Assembly (NCBI GenBank): GCA_973895155.1
Contig: OZ316893.1
Span: 7,898,963-7,962,962 of the forward strand
Direction: 5' to 3'
Origin: Marsupella aquatica
Lineage: Eukaryota; Plantae; Marchantiophyta
DNA: 64,000 nt
The notes beneath the pieces are model-generated. The model was given only the letters and a program-made list of their open reading frames with translations. It was not told the origin of the DNA and made no database searches. Each line of letters opens with the position of its first letter. Position 1 is the stretch's first letter. The position numbers and the translations under genes are program-made. Shown here piece after piece: positions 25,001 through 37,431 of the stretch.

Positions 25001-25293
25001 CATTGATGACCATTTGAATCCAACACACCGAGTGAAATCAGATTCTTACGCATGCCAGGTACATACCTGACTCCGGACACTATGCGCACAGCGCCATCAA
25101 ACATTTGAATCTTCACAGACCCAATTCCCTCAATTTGACAGGAGTGATCATTTCCCATCAGAACTGAACCGTTTGAAACAGAGTAAGAACTGAAAAACTC
25201 ACGAATGTAACAAATATGAAAAGAGCAAGCACAATCAAGAATCCACACATCATCTGCTCTCCTAGATGACGTGCACAGGGCATACCCCCGGCT
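22021..25293 (-). CDS. pol: Copia Pol, copy 2
   Basis: Translation identical to copy 1, offset +6021. Confidence 0.95.
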   Translation of the reverse strand, partial: SRGYALCTSSRRADDVWILDCACSFHICYIREFFSSYSVSNGSVLMGNDHSCQIEGIGSVKIQMFDGAVRIVSGVRYVPGMRKNLISLGVLDSNGHQWSVIDGELQVRSGETVILKGSRQKNLYVLQGNTVCGEANVTKSHEEMTQLWHSRLGHMSEKGLAILRKNGLISDLQSCKLEFCEHCILGKQHRRAFGVGTHRSKAVLEYIHSDVWGPSPTPSHSGKLYYVSFIDDYSRFVWIYFMTHKSDVLSIFKKWKAQVENQTGNTIKCLDTRVKSLRSDNGGEYTSMEFEEYCSEQGITRHLTTVYTPQQNGVAERLNRTLLERSRSMLSQSGLPQEFWAEAVNTAAYLVNLSPSSAINFKTPFEMRYKRQADYHGLVIFGSDAYALTPKQNRTKLDPTSRKCVFLGYQSGVKAYRLWDPIACKLVVSRDVSFNESRLLKEGENTQVSRTDKRKSPIPDLVEGEIGYEVHDRREGVAPIMELVPVPEEPEEFVDAGEQQVDAVELQIVPAHADQPESSARRTSGRTVRAPSRYGQWVDSSQLQEDDFTTDDEGDALILEEGEPSSFHEASASKEKQKWTAAMQTEMQSLKDNKTWELVKLPKGQQVVDSKWIYKLKDNSIGGGSKVYKARLVAKGFTQEKGVDYNEVFSPVAKYSTIRLLCVLVVMFGLLLDQMDVVTAFLYGTLEEVIFMRQPLGFVKRGQEELVCRLLKSLYGLKQSPRQWNKRFDDWIRSQGFHRSVFDPCVYLKPVKNVVFGFIVLVLYVDDMLIAAKDRSEIVKLKALLSAEFKMKDLGPAKRILGMEITRDLEAGKLWLTQSSYARKVIARFNMENSKPVSTPLAPHFKLSSAFCPTDDTEKGLMSKVPYDKAVGSLMYLMTCTRPDLAMAMGKVSRYMSNPGKVHWEAVKWIIRYLKGTVDHGLLFDANAKNARSLIGYVDSDYGQDLDRRRSTTGYVFTLGGGCISWRSTLQKCIAQSTTEAEYVAAAEAAKEAIWLDRLITEMGLPQGNVKLHCDSQSALHLAVNQVMDSRVKHIDVRYHFIRQAVSDNLFELVKIDGKLNPADAFTKVIPLESFSRHRDVLQVLQLHHK

Positions 25294-26151
25294 TCATAAA
25301 ACATACTCATCATTGAGTAAATCAGCTTCTCCATCAGCCCTAGCCACATTTGCCGATGAAGTTTCCGCTGCCTTTCCCTTACAGTCTCGCTTGAAGTGTC
25401 CAACTTGGTTGCACTTCCAACATGTCACCTGCCTCCTCTGAGGGGATTTACCCTTGGACTTAGATCTGGATTTAGATCTAAACTGGGTTCTACGGTCCCC
25501 AGTTGGTCGCTGCATACTCCTCCCACGGTTAACATTGAGGGCAGCACCAGATGATGAAGGCTGTGACGTGATGTGCATCTTCTGCTGAAGATCATCACTA
25601 AGCAGAGAACTTACCACGTCATTGTATGAAATGGTATCCCTATCACGATGCAACAACACTCGTGATAGGGACTGGTAAGATGGAGGCAATGAACTAAGAA
25701 GCTGCAGAGCCTTCGTCTCATCATTCAAAGTCTCCCCAAGGTTTTCCAAGTCAACGACCATGTCGTTGAAAGCATCCACATGGTCTTGCAACTTCGTACC
25801 AGATTCCTTCATCCTGAAACTCATCAGTTTGTAGGAAGTGTAGAGCCGGTTCGACAACTCCTTGCGGTGATACTTGCTCTGCAATTCCGCAAACAAGGAC
25901 ATGCAATCCTTATGTGCACCTAACTGCTTGATGATGGGAGGCATGAGATAGAGTGTAACACACCACACTCCCTGCTCCTGCATGCGGTCCCATTGTTTCT
26001 CATCAACATCGTCTTCACGAGGGCTCAGCAGTTGGCCCATCCCTGACGCATAAAGCACTCCCTTCACTTGCTTCTCCCATAGCAAGTAGTCAGAGCGCCC
26101 ATCATACTTTGTCACTTCATACTTGGGTCCCCCAAGCTTGAAAGTCCCCAT
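25294..26151 (-). CDS. gag: Copia Gag, copy 2
   Basis: Translation identical to copy 1; TGA at 25294-25296. Confidence 0.92.
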   Translation of the reverse strand: MGTFKLGGPKYEVTKYDGRSDYLLWEKQVKGVLYASGMGQLLSPREDDVDEKQWDRMQEQGVWCVTLYLMPPIIKQLGAHKDCMSLFAELQSKYHRKELSNRLYTSYKLMSFRMKESGTKLQDHVDAFNDMVVDLENLGETLNDETKALQLLSSLPPSYQSLSRVLLHRDRDTISYNDVVSSLLSDDLQQKMHITSQPSSSGAALNVNRGRSMQRPTGDRRTQFRSKSRSKSKGKSPQRRQVTCWKCNQVGHFKRDCKGKAAETSSANVARADGEADLLNDEYVL

Positions 26152-27469
26152 CTTCTTCTTTACCGTGAGCTCCGGTAGTAGTACTGCTTCCTCCACCACA
26201 CGCCGCACCGGTGATGGTATCGGTGTCACGTGCTCTTCCTCCTGCTCCTCTCTCTGCCCCTGAAACCTCCGCGGTGATCCTCGTGCTTCAAGTTCCACGT
26301 CTTCGAAAAAACTCCTCCGAATCACTCATATGAGAAAGTCACAAAAAATGTTGTTTTTCACAACTTCTCAAAAAACTCGAAACTCAACACCGCCGCGTAG
26401 CCCACAAAGCTAGGAGTCCAATACTGAAAACCGAAATCAAAATCGAAATTTGACGGAAAAGTTATTCAAATTTCAGTCGAGGTGGGTAAAACCTTGGGAA
26501 ACTCCCCCGTTTTGACCACCTCAGGGAATAACCGAAATACCAAGTACAACCCGTTGTCGGAATTGCGATGTGATTGGTGCGCTGCATTGCCAACTTCAAT
26601 GGCTACGACCTCGCCGAAAAATAACCAAAAAAGTTACCGTTCGGCGGATGAAATCTTTGTCGGACGGTCAAAAAATAGCTCTCTGGTTTTTTGGAATATT
26701 CTATGACCCTTGTACAGGCCCTGTGGGAATTTTGGAAGAACAATCGAGGGGCTGACATGTGTCCTCGAACCCCCAAAACCCCCTACCACCCTTCGTCGTC
26801 GAAATCTGGTCGCGCGCGCAGAAAATACACACGGCAGAATGTACCCCTCGACACCAAACGCAAGATATCTCACTCGGGTTTTGACTAAATCAAGATCCGA
26901 TTTCAGATTTGGAAACTAGACTCCGAGGCGATGAAGATCGATATAAGAAGCACCCAAAACGAGGAAAGAACGAGGGAGAAAAAAATTGGTAAAGATGACA
27001 GATTTCTCTCAATTGCCATAGCCAATTTCGAATCAGTTTTTCAAAGAGAAAAAAATGGTACCTTGTCAACAACGAATGTTGATCAATTGCACTTGGTGTC
27101 GTCACCAAGTCCAACAAGGTAATTGATTTTGCTTAGCCTTCCTCTTTGCATCAAAGAGCCAATCCCGGACTCAAAAACAATCGTCTTGCCTCAATCTCTC
27201 CGTTGAGTCAAAACACTTGACGCTTCTCCCTCCGAGTCGATTGCCAACTTTCTTCACAAAATCCAGAATGACGAAAACTTAGATCTCTCTGCACCACGAG
27301 CTCCGTTCAACGATTTCTTCACACCGTTAGAAAGCTCTTGCCCTGATCTATCCGTTGAGCCCATAAACTCCAAGTTCCATGCGATGGAACTCTGGAAAAT
27401 CCACCAACACTCAACGCTGGAAAAACCGTCATGAAATCCCGTCACGAACACACGTCACCTCCCAAGCAT

Positions 27470-27481
27470 GCTCTGATACCA
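27470..27481 (-). promoter_or_regulatory. Primer-binding site, initiator tRNA-Met (copy 2)
   Basis: Minus strand TGGTATCAGAGC next to the 5' LTR. Confidence 0.92.
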
Positions 27482-27483
27482 AT

Positions 27484-27850
27484 TGTTGAGCATAGACGAC
27501 GATCGCAACGGCAAGCCCATGAACCATCCAACGCACAATAGTCGACACAAGAGATACGTGGTTCACCTCCTTGAGGCTACGTCCACGGGAACACACAAGA
27601 GAGCTTTACTGAACTCTAAGCCCGTCGGCTATACCGAGTCTCCACAGTGTAAGCTCTCCCTATCTCTCAAGTGGCTCCATAACAATGAGCCTTGGTTCTA
27701 CCTCTCCAAGCACACATGCCTCTTATGATATAGTGTGCAACTTAGTTGTACCTAACCACATAGTTGTACCTAACCACATAGTTGTACCTAATCACGTTGT
27801 TGTACCAACCACGTCATACCTAACCTAGACGTAAGAGTAAATACCCAACA
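27484..27850 (-). repeat. 5' LTR (367 bp)
   Basis: TGTTG...CAACA followed directly by the TSD TCATG. Confidence 0.95.
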
Positions 27851-28154
27851 TCATGGAGTTATCGTCTAGAGGCTTCACTCTAGAAGCCTAGGCCCCAACT
27901 CTAGCTTGTAGTTGCAGATCTATAAGTAAGATATGGTAATATCCTCTGTACAAGGTATTGTGTGCCATCCTGCCTCAAAAAAGGTTGAGTTTGAAAGGCC
28001 ATTGTTGCCCATAACCTTCTGGTATCACAATTATTAACCACCAGTGTTTTCTATCCCCGGGGATTCTTCGCACCCCGCATTGGCATAAAGCATGACTTCT
28101 ATTTGATCAGTCATTTTATACAGTCTTATGATTGATGCATCACCATAGCATAAC

Positions 28155-28822
28155 CCTGGTGAATCCAGGTTACCAAAATTAGTCCATAATGTACAAAGTA
28201 AAAAGGTCCATTTACTATTTTTACTTCCCCGAACCTGGTGGAAAGTGGCGGTTTAATATGCTTGAGGCATAAGAGACTTTTTGTAACATTAGAGGATAAT
28301 CTTCACTGTGTGTTCTCTCCATAAATGCCCTGATATCACAAAGAGAAATTTGTAAATGGCATTAAGTGGGTTGTATTTGAGGGCAATTTGAGGGCAATTT
28401 GAGGGGCTAGTATTAACGATGCCTGTCAGATTCTGGGTACTGGGGTCTCTTGCTAGATTGGAACTGGCTAAAGGAAGAGAGAAATCCTAGCTAATTTTGG
28501 CCCAAACTGGCAAATACTTCTTAGAGACTGGAGAATTTTCTACAAAAGTGACCAAGAATTTTTGGAAACTAGCGAAGACTAGATTCAGTCTACATTTGCC
28601 ACAATGATGCTGATAGCTGCTGTCTAGGGAAACTACTTTTCAATTTGACATGATAGATAAGTGGACTAGTTATTTAATGTACCAGATATAAGCAGAACCC
28701 AGTTGGGTTGGAGATGCTTTAAACCACCAGTGTCCACCAGGTTCCGGGAGGACCAAAAAAATGCACTTTATTATTACTTTGAGAACACTATTCACTCATT
28801 TTAGTAACCTGGATCCACCAGG
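28155..28822. mobile_element. MITE-like element with ~100-bp imperfect inverted arms
   Basis: ggtgaatccaggttaccaaaattagt pairs with actcattttagtaacctggatccacc; ccgaacctggtggaaagtggcggttta pairs with taaaccaccagtgtccaccaggttccg. Ends and TSD are not resolved. Confidence 0.6.
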
Positions 28823-30094
28823 TGCATTGGGGACAGTGGCACAAAATATATTGAGTAGGCATTCAAGGGGCGCTGTTCGAGAAATATCCAGATAATTATG
28901 CGGATCAGACAGAATTAAATTATCTCTAGACAGACAACCATCACTAGGTCAAGAAAGTTCTCGACAAAATTCTCGACATTGCTTGAGTCGTCCAGAAAGG
29001 TACCTTCATTTCTTAAGAATTTGCACCTAATCCTTCAGAAACGTGAATACATGACGTACGATCCTGCAAGGGCTTAATTTGTGCTGTGGTCGTCCAGAAC
29101 TTTTACGCACTATCGAAGTCTTGCATGACGACCCCCAATCAAGCACAAGCACAAGCCAACAAAATTACAGTTGAGGTTGTCGATTTACAACCCACTAAAT
29201 TACAGTACCTGGTCTTGCTTGGGCACTTCAGTCAAACTGTTGTTTGTGATTCCAGTGCCGCAATCCTTACCTAAGATGTCACTGAATGAAATTCTACTTC
29301 AAGAGACAGAATTCAGACATTTATCTTCAGCGTGACCTACCGGATTCTGAACACCTGAGCCACCTCAACATGACAGATGGACTATACCTCTACTTTTTCT
29401 AGTCTGTCCATCTCCGTCATATTTCCTCAAAATTTCAAAGAAACAATTTTTATCCCCTATGAACCACATGGAAACATGGACATGTCCGGCCAGATATCTG
29501 TCTTCAGCTAATGTTCCCCTTCCATCGAACAAACCACGATAAGATACCTCAATGTACTCGTGAAGTCGATGAGATCTAGAACTTTCTTAAAGCATCTCTG
29601 GGTATATCCTAGTATGAATGGCACATGAACGAGTTGTGAAGACCCCGTCTAGAGCTCTTTGGAATACCACAGCTTCCAGACGCCAATTCTTCCCATACTA
29701 AATCGATCGCAAGGGTCATAAATACAGCATTGCCTTGCTGTACATTTTCTAGTTTATGATGGTGACAGCACTGTGAATCTGTAACTCAATCATTCGTCGA
29801 ACCTAGAAACACATCCACAGCACACGTCGCTACACGGTACCGGACAACCCTGGATGGCATTTGTCAGATATCCAAGCCATTATATCATTAGTAAGGCTGG
29901 AACCTCCTGGACCGATTTGGTCATGATGAAGAACAGGACACAAACTGCCCTAACTCCCAGAAACTAGGCCGCAGAAATGAGCCTAGAATCATAATTGACT
30001 AGCGAATTAATCACGGAGATCATTGGTGACTATAGGCAGCTTAAGATGTAGCCAAGATTCTGCAATAGCTCTGTTCAATTCGAGTGTAACGAGT

Positions 30095-33000
30095 CTATGA
30101 CAAACCCGGCAAAAGAGGAAGGTGGGGCAGTTGTCCCAGTACTGAAGCCAGTGGAGAGCCGTGGAAGTTATATGCAGCAAGATATGTAACTATACCAGCA
30201 GCATATCCAGCAGCTGCATATCCACTTACCTGCAGACAATACAATCAAGTAAGCTCCGAGGAAAAGGATGTCAATTTGATAGTGCTAAGCGTTCACAGTA
30301 CTATGCACAACATGGACGCCCTTGGGGGTCCCACGATCAATTAACTCTCACAAAGTTACTGACAAGAGATCGTCAGAGGTTATCCAAAGTCCCCTCATCA
30401 AGGTGTTGCATGAAGAAAAACACTCTAGTTATAAGACTTCGTCTAAATTATTCATACCATCTAAAGAATCTAAAACAGGGAAACTGCGAGTTCTCAGCCG
30501 GCTACACGTAGACAAATGTACTATAATATCACACCAAATTGAAAGAAGAGACTCAGCAAAATGCTAACCTTTTTAAAGTACCAAAAAAAGTCAGCTTTCT
30601 CCATTCCCATGAAAGCAACTCCGGCAGCCGATCCAATAATCAAGATTGAGCCCCCAGTCCCGGCACAATAGGCAATCAGCTGCCACAGCTCAGTGTCCTG
30701 AGGAAAGGTGGTAATACTATACATGCCCATTGTAGCTGCCACTAAGGGCACATTGTCAATCACAGCTGACGCAACACCGATGGCAGTTGCAACAAGCTCG
30801 ACACTAGGGATGTGGACATCCAAATATGTGGCCAATTCTTTCAGGAGCCCTGCTGCTTGCAAGCTGTAAGGCAGATCTTGCAATGTTAGTACTGGCTTCC
30901 ACAGCGCACAGAGAAAATCACAAAGATCTTCCAGCAATACTGTTTTTCCCATTTAACTAGCTCATTACTGTAAGGTGAGGAGCCTTGCTAGACTGAATGA
31001 CACAAGGGACATTCTATGGCATGTCCTCCATTGAAGCATCTCTTTAGATGTCCTAACAGTGAAAACCTACGGAGCTTTTTCCCAATTAGGTGCACTATGT
31101 CAACAGCCGCACAAAGTCAGCGAATTGTCTAAGAACCGACGACACAGACAGTTCCAATCCAGCAGTCACATTTGGAAAAATGCCGAAAAACCAACCTGCC
31201 TACGGAGAGAAGAATTCCAAGGAAGAAGAGGACACCCTGAGTATCAATGCGCGATAGAGCTTGCGGAACTTTCAGTCTCTGTCGATCAGTATCACCATAA
31301 TGGATTGCATCGGTCAAAATCCACAACGTCCCCAAACCTAACAACATTCCTAGATAGGGTGGTAGGCCCGTCAATTGCTTAAAGACCGGCACAAAGAGCA
31401 AGGCACCGATACCGACAGCAAAAACCAACTTGCCCCGGGGTGCCAATTGTTCCGACGTCATCACGGGAGAAAATTCCTTTTTGTCATCATCTTTGTCACT
31501 GAAGACGAGACCACAGCAAAGTTGAATTAGTCATGGGATCGACATGGGTTCCGATGTCGATCTACCATGCTTCTTACAATTTTCGATGTAAGCCAAGGGT
31601 GAAAGAACGAAATTCGCTTCATAAATGAACGCGAGAGACACCGCGACAGCACTAGGCATTACAAGCTGCAGCATCTGACGTTCTCAGACCAGGAACACGT
31701 CGCACTCTCAGCACCATTCACTGATCTGACCTCGATAATTCAGATTCACAACCTGTTGTAAAGTATTTAAGATATGCAAGTGAAAGCAAATTAATCTAAT
31801 GGTTATTGCAAGGACAAACCTAGACAGAGTGAAGAGATTTAAACCTGAAAATAGTCAATAGAGTGAGTGGCACAAGAAGTGACACAACCGATGGTATAAA
31901 TAAGTCCTGCACATATACATTCCCATAGTATGAAGAGGATAAGAATGACTAGGGACCACTTCTTCGGCAGCCACTGCAATCAATGAACGTGTCAGGTAGG
32001 CTCCAAGTAGCGGATTAGAAACCACAGATAAAATTTGGACATTTACACAACGCTACTTTTAGAGTCCAAAATGACAACCTTTCATGTATCACAGAAGAGA
32101 TGCAATGTGGATTCATCCCACTAGTGGTAGCTTGTGCACCCTATTCACATGGACCTTCAGGATAACTTATAGGTGAGAAGCTGAGTTGAAAGGACAACAG
32201 GCACTAGATCGTCCGTTAGAATATCGTGTAAAAAACTACAATCAAGTCTCAGGTCAGACATTGCTCGGACACATGGGCTTGGCCAGAAATAGTCAAATTC
32301 GATACACACATACAACCCTGGTGTGGTTCAAGGAGCACCATTACCTGCATAGTCCTCACAGTTGATATTTGTCCGTGGATCCAAAGCATGGTGGTAGTGA
32401 CGTCTCCAATCGGAGTCCATGCACCGCCAGCATTTGCAGCAATGACAACCACTGCTCCCAAGAGTCTGGACGTCAAACAGAATTTTAAGTGTATTGCAGA
32501 AGCGAGAGACGGTGCAATTATTGTTGAAAAGCTACAAATGTCCCATGCGAGAAATCTTCACAGAGCAAACCAATGTGCAAACCACACGAGCTTACAGGTG
32601 TGATCATTGTAGTTAAATAGAGTACAATTTTGACACGACTTCGAAAACAGTCGACGCTAGGTTGTGTGATTATTATCGTCCCCCGCGATGTGAAAGCTTG
32701 GTACAAATGAATATTAGGAGCAATACGGAGTATTATTTTAGACCTTGTTGGGAGCTCTAATTTTCCAGCACAAAAACAGAATGAATGCCACCCAAGCAAG
32801 ACATGAGAACACAGACAAAGTCAGGGCGCACAAATTTAATTGTACTTCAAGATTCAGTTCATAGTGTGAAAAGGGAAGCCCTACAGTTTAAACAGGGAAC
32901 AATTCTATCATGTCAAACACAGACTTGTGAGAAATAGAATTACTTTCTCCGCTCAGGATCAGAAACCAGCTTGCGCAAAAGTGAGACCATAACAATGGTT

Positions 33001-35331
33001 GATGTCAAGTTGTCTAAAACTGAACTGAGGAAAAAGGTAATGCCACCAATCTGTAGACAACCACAAGCAGAATGAGCCATGAAATAATTCCTATTCAAAG
33101 CTCCGTGTTCACCCAAACCCACTCTCATCCTATCTTAATTTATCCACACCTCATTATTTCCCACAAATAATTATTTGTTGTCTCTGGTCCCGGCGACTTC
33201 ACCCTAAATAGCTGAATCTTGTGGCAGGAGTCTCCAAAGCAGGGACAAAGTTAGCATCGTCGATAAAGAAGGCGCCCACAAGAAAATTGTGGAGGGCATC
33301 ATGTCCTGAAATCGACCACTTTCATTTCGCTTAATGCCAAGACATGAGTAGATCATAATAGTGGATAGTCAACGCACCACCCAGAGCAAGAGGCGAGGCT
33401 TGCGAGTAGTTATGGAGTCTGTCACAATTTTAAACCCCTGATGCGCATCAATAATCTCCACAATTGTCATTGCCCCAAGCAAAAAGAACACAATCTCACT
33501 TACTTCAGCCGAATTCTCTGTCAACTCTTTTACGACTATATCAGTGGACGGAGCCTGCAAAAGTAGGAATCAAAGTCAGCCTCCACCAGAGACTGCTACT
33601 ACTCCAAGAAAATCTTTTAAATCAAGGCATGCGCAGACTTGAAAGAATCCATGTTTATATTTGACTTGAGCTAAACACGGTTTTCCGTCCGGGATTCCTG
33701 AAATAAAGCCGCCTCATTACAGATAAAACAAGCCACACTAAAAAAAGTAGACCCACAGAACTACCTTCTGAGCTGCCAGAAGAAGCAGTTGACAATTCTC
33801 ACTGGTACCAACTGTCCATCACATTGAGAGACCTGTACCAACCGGAGCTGCTCCGATTACTTTTGAATAGAATGCTTCCTAGACTAGACAATCAGCAAGA
33901 GGAGGAAGAAGTACCCCAATGCTCCGAATAACCCAAAGTGCAACGGCCATTAATAGCCCCACACCACTTTTGTTGAACACAAGAGACTCTTCAAAAATAA
34001 TCCCGCAATACCCCAGCACAAATACGCCTGCCATTGCCAAGTTCTGCACATTCCCCAAAATAAAGAACTGTCCGTAACTACGCTTTAAGCCAATTTCATT
34101 CGGACTTCAAATACATGAATTTGATGACCATGGAAAGGTTGTTAGATAAGAACAATTTCAACAGCAGCATCTGACTGCTCGGTTTACGGACAACTCGATT
34201 CAGAAGAACATGTGCCAGTCATTAATGAGAAAGTAAGAATCCGGGAAACAACAGTGTTAGAAAAAAACTGCAACTTCGACACAAGGAAAGTACATGGCCC
34301 GCGAGACTGGGATCTACCAAATGACCTTAGCGAGAATTACACGGAATAGTAACGAGGCAAATTTGAATCGCAAATCTGGAAAGCAAGACATGAGATCCAG
34401 GCTACAACTAGAAAGCAATCTAAACAGAGGAGATCCGTAAAACCTGATTTTCAGCAACCCAGGATATGTTGAGGATTCCAGCTCCAGCAACGACTGCTGT
34501 ACCAACTGCAACTGCCTTCAAAAGGTCCGTTTTTGGCTTATAGGTTTCTTCGTAGTCCAACGAGCTCATCTCATCTACTGAGCAGAGCGGATCACAAGTG
34601 CCTGAAGGCGTGCTCATATCCTGTGCATCATGGTTCAAAAAGTTGAGGGCCAGAAACAACATGGTAGCCTGGCAGGCTAAAGTCGGATAGAGAGTATCAC
34701 GAAAGATAATGTCAACTCCAGTGAGAATTCTCATGATAAAATCACGAGTCAAACAATTTAAAGATCCTCAAGAACATGTTTGTTTGAACTCGATATTGAA
34801 TTCTTTTAGCGTGGTGACCCAGCCATGTGCGAAGCATGCCGATAAACCTCACACAAGTCTATTTGGTTGTTTTGATTGATCATGTCAAAACTATCCGTAG
34901 TTTCCATTTCAACATGTGAGGAGAGGAAAGACGCGGATAAAGCACCAAATTTTATAAGTAAGAGATGAAGTTCCCAAAATTACATTAAGTGTTCCGAGTG
35001 AGTAGGAGACCGACAGTACCTCGGGAAAATCTGTGCTGGGCTCGTTTCTCTCCACGGACGATCGTGGAGGCTCCACATTTGCAACCACGAGAGTTCTGTG
35101 TCTCTGGGCAAATTTCTTCCGCCTCTGAATGCCATTTTCTAGCAAGCCAGGATCTCGAATAGAACTGGGTGGTAAAGTGACCTGACAAACAGCAGCAGCA
35201 GCTGATGTCCGAGATTTTTTAGATTTATGTGACGCCAGCAAAAACGAGCTCTGGCTGAATGCACCCGTATTGTCACATCTTAGTGCTGCTGCAGAGGGAG
35301 CCAGTCTAGAGGCATAACCAATCAATGCCAT
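30095..35331 (-). CDS. NHD1: Plastid NhaD-type Na+/H+ antiporter (multi-exon)
   Basis: ATG at 35331 with a Ser/Ala/Arg-rich transit-peptide-like N-terminus. Exon peptides IIFEESLVFNKSGVGLLMA, EIVFFLLGAMTIVEIIDAHQGF, FFLSSVLDNLTSTIVM, AANAGGAWTPIGDVTTTMLW, RIDTQGVLFFLGILLSV, SAVIDNVPLVAA, AGTGGSILIIGSAAGVAFMGME. Last exon 30229-30095 ends in TAG. Confidence 0.94.
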
Positions 35332-36545
35332 CACCGGTTGCGGGACGGGACCTTTCTCCTACAGCACCAGGCCGGTCCCGAAGCCCTCTTCCGAGTATCT
35401 CATCCAGTGGCGGACTTCAATTCCACGTTTTCTACCCGCCCGCACGAACAACCGACCTTGAAAAACGATTCCACCACACGAAATCAATTACTAAACATCC
35501 GCTAAACTACCTCGCCGTCTCTCCGCCTATCGAGCGGCACAGCAGCAACAAACTTCAAAGATTTCAGACCCTTCCAATCCAACACTCCCACATCCCTGAA
35601 CTGACCTGACCGGATAGGGGGCTAATGAGTACGGGGAAAAGTGACTGGCTCACCGAGCTGACAGCAACGCCTACGGTAGGCCTGAAATTGCCAATACACA
35701 AGCAACATTCAAATCACCAAACAATTGACCATATCCTCCCTGAAGCTCTGTCTGAGCAGAAGACTTAATCCTCCGCCCTGGCGTGGCCGGGCGGATGCTG
35801 GACTAGCTGAGCAACTTCACCAGAATCTTCTTGCCAGTAGACAAAGAACGCAAGCAGAACAAGACGAGACGGGACTTACGAGGAATGGGACGGACCAGAC
35901 CATACCAGACAAGACCCAGCTGCAGGTAGGACGGCAATGGTGCTAACAGGATCATCAAAACAGTAATGACCCTTTCTTTCGAAGCCAAATGACCGATGAA
36001 GTGACTCGTCCTCCTTTGCCAGCAGCAGGCATGACAAAGATCAAATTCATATGCCAGACACCTGCAAGAATGTGAGTTCTCGGGACCCAATTCAAGTGTG
36101 GAGAACAAAAGCCTCGGGCCACAGCAAACATGACAGAGGGCGTCATCAGTCAGCTCACCAAAGAAGAGAATCAAGAGAAAGAATGGCGTTGTTGGATCGT
36201 TGGCCCTGCCCTGCTGCTCACAAGCCGTGTGAGACAGAAATTCTGCCTCAGTCGCAATTCCTCGTGAATTCCTCCCCCGTCAACCTCTCTATCGCTTTGA
36301 CAATCCCTGGCCTGACAATCCCTGGCCTCAATCTGGGGTTGCAGTAATGCTCTACCTCAATCTGCCGGTGTTGGAAGTGACAGCAGAGATCGAGTGTCGA
36401 TGTGTTGATTTTTTCGATCTTTCTGATCAAAAATCCATCTCGAATTAAATAATTATGCTCGTTCACGAGTGTTGGGACACCCGTCCCAGAAAGGTTCACG
36501 GAGGTTCACGGAGGTTCACGGAATTTTCTAACCCATGTATATATT

Positions 36546-36925
36546 AGGACGCTTTTTAGAAACAAAATTTCGTTTCGAGCTTGAGTTGCCACAGATTTTC
36601 GTAATTGGTTACGTTAGAGAAGCACAATGAATGTTTATGCAAGAGCATTTAAAAGACAAAATATATATATATATGTAAGGACGCTTTTTAGAAGCAAGAT
36701 TTCGTTTCGAGCTTGAGTGGCCACAAATTTTCGCAATTGGTTACGTTAGAGAAGCACAATGAATGTTTATGCAAGAGCATTTAAAAGAGAAAAAAAAATT
36801 ATATATATATACTAGGATGCTTTTTCAGAAGCAAAATTTTGTTTCGAGCTTGAGTTGCCACAGATTTTCACAATTGGTTATGCTAGAGGAGCAAAATGAA
36901 TGTTTATGCAAGAGCAATTAGAAGA
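36546..36925. repeat. Three tandem copies of a ~130-bp unit separated by (TA)n
   Basis: gtttcgagcttgag...aattggtta...aatgaatgtttatgcaagagca occurs three times; preceded by (ggttcacgga)x3 at ~36493. Confidence 0.88.
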
Positions 36926-37235
36926 GAAGATTTTTGATAATTGCATCTAGTGAGCTCGGATTAGACCAAGCAAATTTTGACACCTAAAAGATGAGCATTC
37001 ATATGAAGGGGAGGTGCTACAGGAGTTTAAAATGATATTTTTAAATGGTCCATGCAAATTTCAATAGTCCATTGAGTACCTTTTCTAATGTTGCAATCTA
37101 TGAGTGCTTTGATTTCTGAAACATCAATTTAAATAAACATCAAAACAAACCGCATACAACCACATACGTACGTAATTTAAATAATATGTAGAGAATATAA
37201 CAAATTAGCAAAAAAGAGCTCCTTCATTTTAAGTA

Positions 37236-37431
37236 CATTGCCACTAAAGATGTTTGAATTTACAATATTGCCATTATTATTTTTTGTATGTACAAAAATG
37301 TCACGGTTTCCGTATATGGTTCCCCTAGTTACCTTGTTAAACTTGTTATCCATATACAAAACAGTGACATTTTTATAAATACAGAAAAAATAGTGACAGG
37401 ATCGTGAATTAAAACATCTTTAGTGGCAAAG
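37236..37431. mobile_element. Fold-back MITE flanked by TA (Stowaway/Tc1-mariner-like)
   Basis: TA-cattgccactaaagatgttt ... aaacatctttagtggcaaag-TA; the arms pair imperfectly over ~85 nt (e.g. aaaaatgtcac/gtgacattttt). Confidence 0.7.

Larger units (their letters stand above)
15442..27850 (-). mobile_element. Ty1/copia LTR retrotransposon (Tork/Tnt1-like), head-to-tail dimer with three LTRs
   Basis: Structure LTR-internal-LTR-internal-LTR with a constant 6021-bp period. TSD TCATG at 15437-15441 and 27851-27855. Domain order gag-PR-IN-RT-RNase H, iMet primer-binding site and polypurine tract. Confidence 0.97.

Noticed and set aside
16153-27728. Short antisense and alternative-frame ORFs in the copia units and the 81-85-aa LTR ORF
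   Set aside because: No recognisable motifs; they recur only because the DNA is duplicated.
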